From: Bauldia litoralis
Lineage (GTDB): Bacteria > Pseudomonadota > Alphaproteobacteria > Rhizobiales > Kaistiaceae
Assembly (NCBI GenBank): GCA_945882315.1
Contig: CAMCWB010000001.1
Location: 1,560 to 65,559 of the forward strand
Direction of reading: 5' to 3'
DNA length: 64,000 nucleotides
Translations under genes and position numbers: made by a program
Shown: in pieces, positions 60,333 through 64,000 of the stretch
Layout: each line of letters begins with the position of its first letter
Position numbering within the stretch: position 1 is the first letter of the stretch
Notes under the pieces: generated by a model
What the model was told of the DNA's origin: nothing
The model's database searches: none
What the model saw: the letters and a program-made list of their open reading frames with translations, nothing else

Positions 60333-61379
60333 TCAGGCCGGCGATGCCCCGGCTGCGGTGGGCCCACGGCCGCCGCCTTTCCAGCGGTCATGCACCCAGA
60401 GCCATTGCTCCGGATATTCGCGAACCCAGCCCTCGACGATGCCGTTGATCACGGCGGTCGCCGCGACGACGTCGATGAGGCCCTCGGCGTCGCGCGGCAG
60501 GTCGACCGGCGACGTCAGCTCGACATGGAAGCGGCCGTCCGGCTTGCGGATGGCGCGGACGCCATGCACCGGGCAGTCATACTGGCGGGCCAGCCGGGCA
60601 AAGAGCGTGCTGGTCAGGGCGGGCCGGCCGAAGAAGGGCAGAGCAGGGCTGTTCTGGCGGCGCTGGTCGACGAGCATGCCGACATGGCCGCCGCGATCGA
60701 GCACGCCGGCGATCTCGAAGACCGTGCCGAGGCGCGACGGCACGAGATTGCCCATCAGCTCGTTCCGCCGGGTCATCAGGTCTTCCGCCACGATCGAGTT
60801 CTTCGGCAGGCGGAAGAGGATCGTCACGTCGAGATGGAACCGGCGGGCGATGATCGCCGGTATCTCCCAATTGGCGAGATGCGCCGCGAAGATCAGGCCG
60901 GGCTTGTTGTCCTCGCGCAGCCGCAGGAAATCCTCGATGCCGCTCGCCGAGACAGTGCTCTTGTCGAGGTGATGAATGTGGAAATCCTCGAAGATCTCGT
61001 CGAGGAAGGCGAATTCGATGGCGGTGCGGGCGAGATTGTCCCAGACGCCTCTCAGGATCTTCCGGCGCTCCGCCTCCGATTTTTCCGGGAACGCGGCGGC
61101 GAGATTGGCGGCGCCGAGGCGGTTCTCCGGGATGAGAGGCGAGATCAGGCGCGTGAAGCCGGCGGCAAGCGCCGTGGCGCGCCGCCGGCCGAGCATGCGG
61201 CCGAAAGCGATCGCCGAGCGGATATACCAGGCGACCACCCGGTGAAACCAGGCCGTGTCACCGATCCTGCGGAGCAGCCTCCGGAAGGAGTAGCCCCGCC
61301 GTCGCCGCACGGGAAAGACTGGTTTGCCCTTCCTGCCCCGCCGGGGCGGCTTCGGCTTCGCCGGTTCCGTCTGGCTCAC
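60333..61379 (-). CDS. lpxXL: Lipid A very-long-chain fatty acid acyltransferase (LpxL/HtrB family)
   Basis: This is the 3-prime two-thirds of ORF 60333..62270. GTG 61379 overlaps the adh stop (GTGA). Lauroyl acyltransferase-like features are AAHLANWE and GMLVDQR. The symbol is assigned by synteny with fabF1XL and adhA2XL. Confidence 0.8.
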   Translation of the reverse strand: MSQTEPAKPKPPRRGRKGKPVFPVRRRRGYSFRRLLRRIGDTAWFHRVVAWYIRSAIAFGRMLGRRRATALAAGFTRLISPLIPENRLGAANLAAAFPEKSEAERRKILRGVWDNLARTAIEFAFLDEIFEDFHIHHLDKSTVSASGIEDFLRLREDNKPGLIFAAHLANWEIPAIIARRFHLDVTILFRLPKNSIVAEDLMTRRNELMGNLVPSRLGTVFEIAGVLDRGGHVGMLVDQRRQNSPALPFFGRPALTSTLFARLARQYDCPVHGVRAIRKPDGRFHVELTSPVDLPRDAEGLIDVVAATAVINGIVEGWVREYPEQWLWVHDRWKGGGRGPTAAGASPA

Positions 61380-62401
61380 AGCGTCACGATGAACTTGCCG
61401 AAGACCTGCCGCGATTCGATCCGATGCAGCGCCGAGTCGATGTCCTCCAGCCGCACGGTCGAATCGATGACCGGCCGGGTGATGCCGTCCGCCATCTTGG
61501 CGAGCGAAGTCCGGAGATTGGCGATGGTGCAGCCGAAGCTGCCGATCAGCCGCAACTGCTGCTGATAGAGCTGGAAGAGATTGATCTCGGACGAGACGCC
61601 GGTGGTCGAGCCGCAGGTGACGAGCACGCCGCCGCGCTTCAGCGAGAACATGCTCTGCTGGAAGGTGTCCGGCCCGACATGCTCGAAGACGACGTCGACG
61701 CCGCGCTTCTGCGTGATCTTGCGCACCACGCCCTCGAAGCGCTCTTCGCGATAGTTGATGACGTGATCGGCGCCCAGCGCCTTCGCCTTCTCGATCTTGT
61801 CCGGGCTGCCGACCGTCGTGATGACGATGGCGCCCACCGCCTTGGCAAGCTGGATGGCGGCGGTGCCGATGCCGCTGCCGCCGGCCTGGATGAGGATCGT
61901 CTGCCCCTCCGACAGCTTGGCGTTGTCGAAGAGCATGTGTTCCGGCGTGCCGTAGGTCACCGGCGCGCAGGCCGCGTCGACCACCGAGACGCCGGCCGGC
62001 GCCTTGATCGCCAGCCGGGCCGAGACGTTGACCGCTTCGCGGGCGAGGCCGTCGACATGGAAGCCGCGAATGCCGCGGACGTTTTCGCAGAGATTGTCGC
62101 GACCCGCCCGGCAATTCGGGCAGGTGCCGCAGGTCTCGGCGCCGTAGAGCGCCACCGTGTCGCCGACGGCCAGCCCGGAGACGCCGTCGCCGAGCGCGGC
62201 GACCGTTCCTGCCGCCTCGACGCCGACGACGATCGGCAGCTTGCGCTTGGCGAAGGCCATGCCGCGCCAACCCCAGACGTCGATATGGTTGAGTGCGACC
62301 GCGCCGATCCTGACCTGGACCTCGCCGGCGCCGGGCGGCGGCGGATCGGGCAGGTCGACGATGGCAAGCGAACGATTGTCGAGAAGCTGTAACGCACGCA
62401 T
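61376..62401 (-). CDS. adhA2XL: Zinc-binding alcohol dehydrogenase family protein of the acpXL cluster
   Basis: ORF 61376..62401. MDR/ADH motifs are GVEAAGTV and GGSGIGTAAIQLAK. Symbol assigned by synteny. Confidence 0.8.
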   Translation of the reverse strand: MRALQLLDNRSLAIVDLPDPPPPGAGEVQVRIGAVALNHIDVWGWRGMAFAKRKLPIVVGVEAAGTVAALGDGVSGLAVGDTVALYGAETCGTCPNCRAGRDNLCENVRGIRGFHVDGLAREAVNVSARLAIKAPAGVSVVDAACAPVTYGTPEHMLFDNAKLSEGQTILIQAGGSGIGTAAIQLAKAVGAIVITTVGSPDKIEKAKALGADHVINYREERFEGVVRKITQKRGVDVVFEHVGPDTFQQSMFSLKRGGVLVTCGSTTGVSSEINLFQLYQQQLRLIGSFGCTIANLRTSLAKMADGITRPVIDSTVRLEDIDSALHRIESRQVFGKFIVTL

Positions 62402-62434
62402 CGACCTGAGACCCCGACTATTTCTTGGTTTTTC

Positions 62435-63706
<1,272 letters not shown>

Positions 63707-63726
63707 GACCAGTCTCCTTCACATCT

Positions 63727-64000
63727 TCAGTCGACGGCTTCGACCAGACCCATGCCCTCGCCGCGCCAGATGCCCCATGTGGTGGCGACGATGCGTTTTG
63801 GCACCCCGCCTTCCGCTTTTTCGAAGCCGGTTTCGTCGGCCGGCTTGAAGAAGCCTTTCCGCGACAGTGCCAGCGCGCCCAACGCGATCTGCGCCGGGAA
63901 GGTCGCCTCGATGCCGCTGCCGACGACATTGGCGGTGGCCCTGACCGTAGACACGCGGCCGGCGGCAATCAATGCGGCAAGGAGGTCGCGCTCCTCCCGG
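63727..64000 (-). CDS. fabF2XL: Beta-ketoacyl-ACP synthase-like protein, C-terminal part (gene continues beyond the window)
   Basis: The open frame runs to the window edge and ends ...WGIWRGEGMGLVEAVD-stop at 63727. Symbol assigned by its position upstream of fabF1XL. Confidence 0.65.
   Translation of the reverse strand, partial: REERDLLAALIAAGRVSTVRATANVVGSGIEATFPAQIALGALALSRKGFFKPADETGFEKAEGGVPKRIVATTWGIWRGEGMGLVEAVD

Noticed and set aside
60333-62270. 645-aa ORF as a single gene
   Set aside because: Its first 300 or so residues are an off-frame reading of the alcohol dehydrogenase gene (61376..62401). Only the part from GTG 61379 looks like an LpxL-family acyltransferase.

Overview
High-GC alphaproteobacterial, Rhizobiales-like chromosomal segment, judged from gene content and repeat families. 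All calls rest on reading the ORF track and the DNA by eye; no searches were run.

Layout:
1. 83-1849: a Tat-signal secreted protein.
2. About 1.85-13.9 kb: a composite, partly decayed accessory region.
 - A primase plus RecA-like ATPase replication module ends at a 50-nt 3-prime fragment of tRNA-Arg(ACG).
 - A roughly 0.5 kb AT-rich, hairpin-dense spacer follows.
 - Several gene fragments are present: SDR, HNH, ImmA and T5orf172/GIY-YIG.
 - A translationally coupled 4-gene operon encodes an unknown helical protein, a QueC-like PP-loop enzyme, an HTH-ImmA protease fusion and a PIN nuclease. Its QueC-like gene is broken by a +1 frameshift in a G6 run.
 - A divergent hipBA pair lies next to it. 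I saw no integrase or transposase.
3. 13.9-26 kb: an acetamidase-family gene and a complete C-P lyase phosphonate cluster (phnGHIJ-GNAT-KL-hexapeptide transferase, phnCDE, DUF1045, phnM, phnN).
4. 26-38 kb: envelope and stress genes.
 - These include an L,D-transpeptidase, a CHASE-PAS-HWE kinase with two single-domain response regulators, and small stress proteins (DUF1328, DUF3309, PRC-barrel, DUF2171, CsbD, BA14K).
 - Several of these genes sit behind GGAAC-N16/17-CGTT (EcfG-type) promoter motifs.
 - An OmpA-family gene here is split by an in-frame TAG.
5. 38-42 kb: a GTP-type PEP carboxykinase fused in one ORF to an alpha/beta hydrolase, followed by a bicupin.
6. 42-64 kb: core genes.
 - MFS transporter, preT/preA, doxX, polA, PBP1A, M48 peptidase, phaZ, ABC-2 exporter, actS/actR and mmcB.
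 - The lpxXL-adhA2XL-fabF1XL-fabF2XL very-long-chain lipid A fatty-acid cluster, which runs off the right edge.

GC-rich mosaic palindromic repeats occupy several intergenic regions.

The best candidate for an undescribed system is the QueC-like/HTH-ImmA/PIN operon at 7733-11431. The PEPCK-hydrolase fusion is the second most unusual feature.
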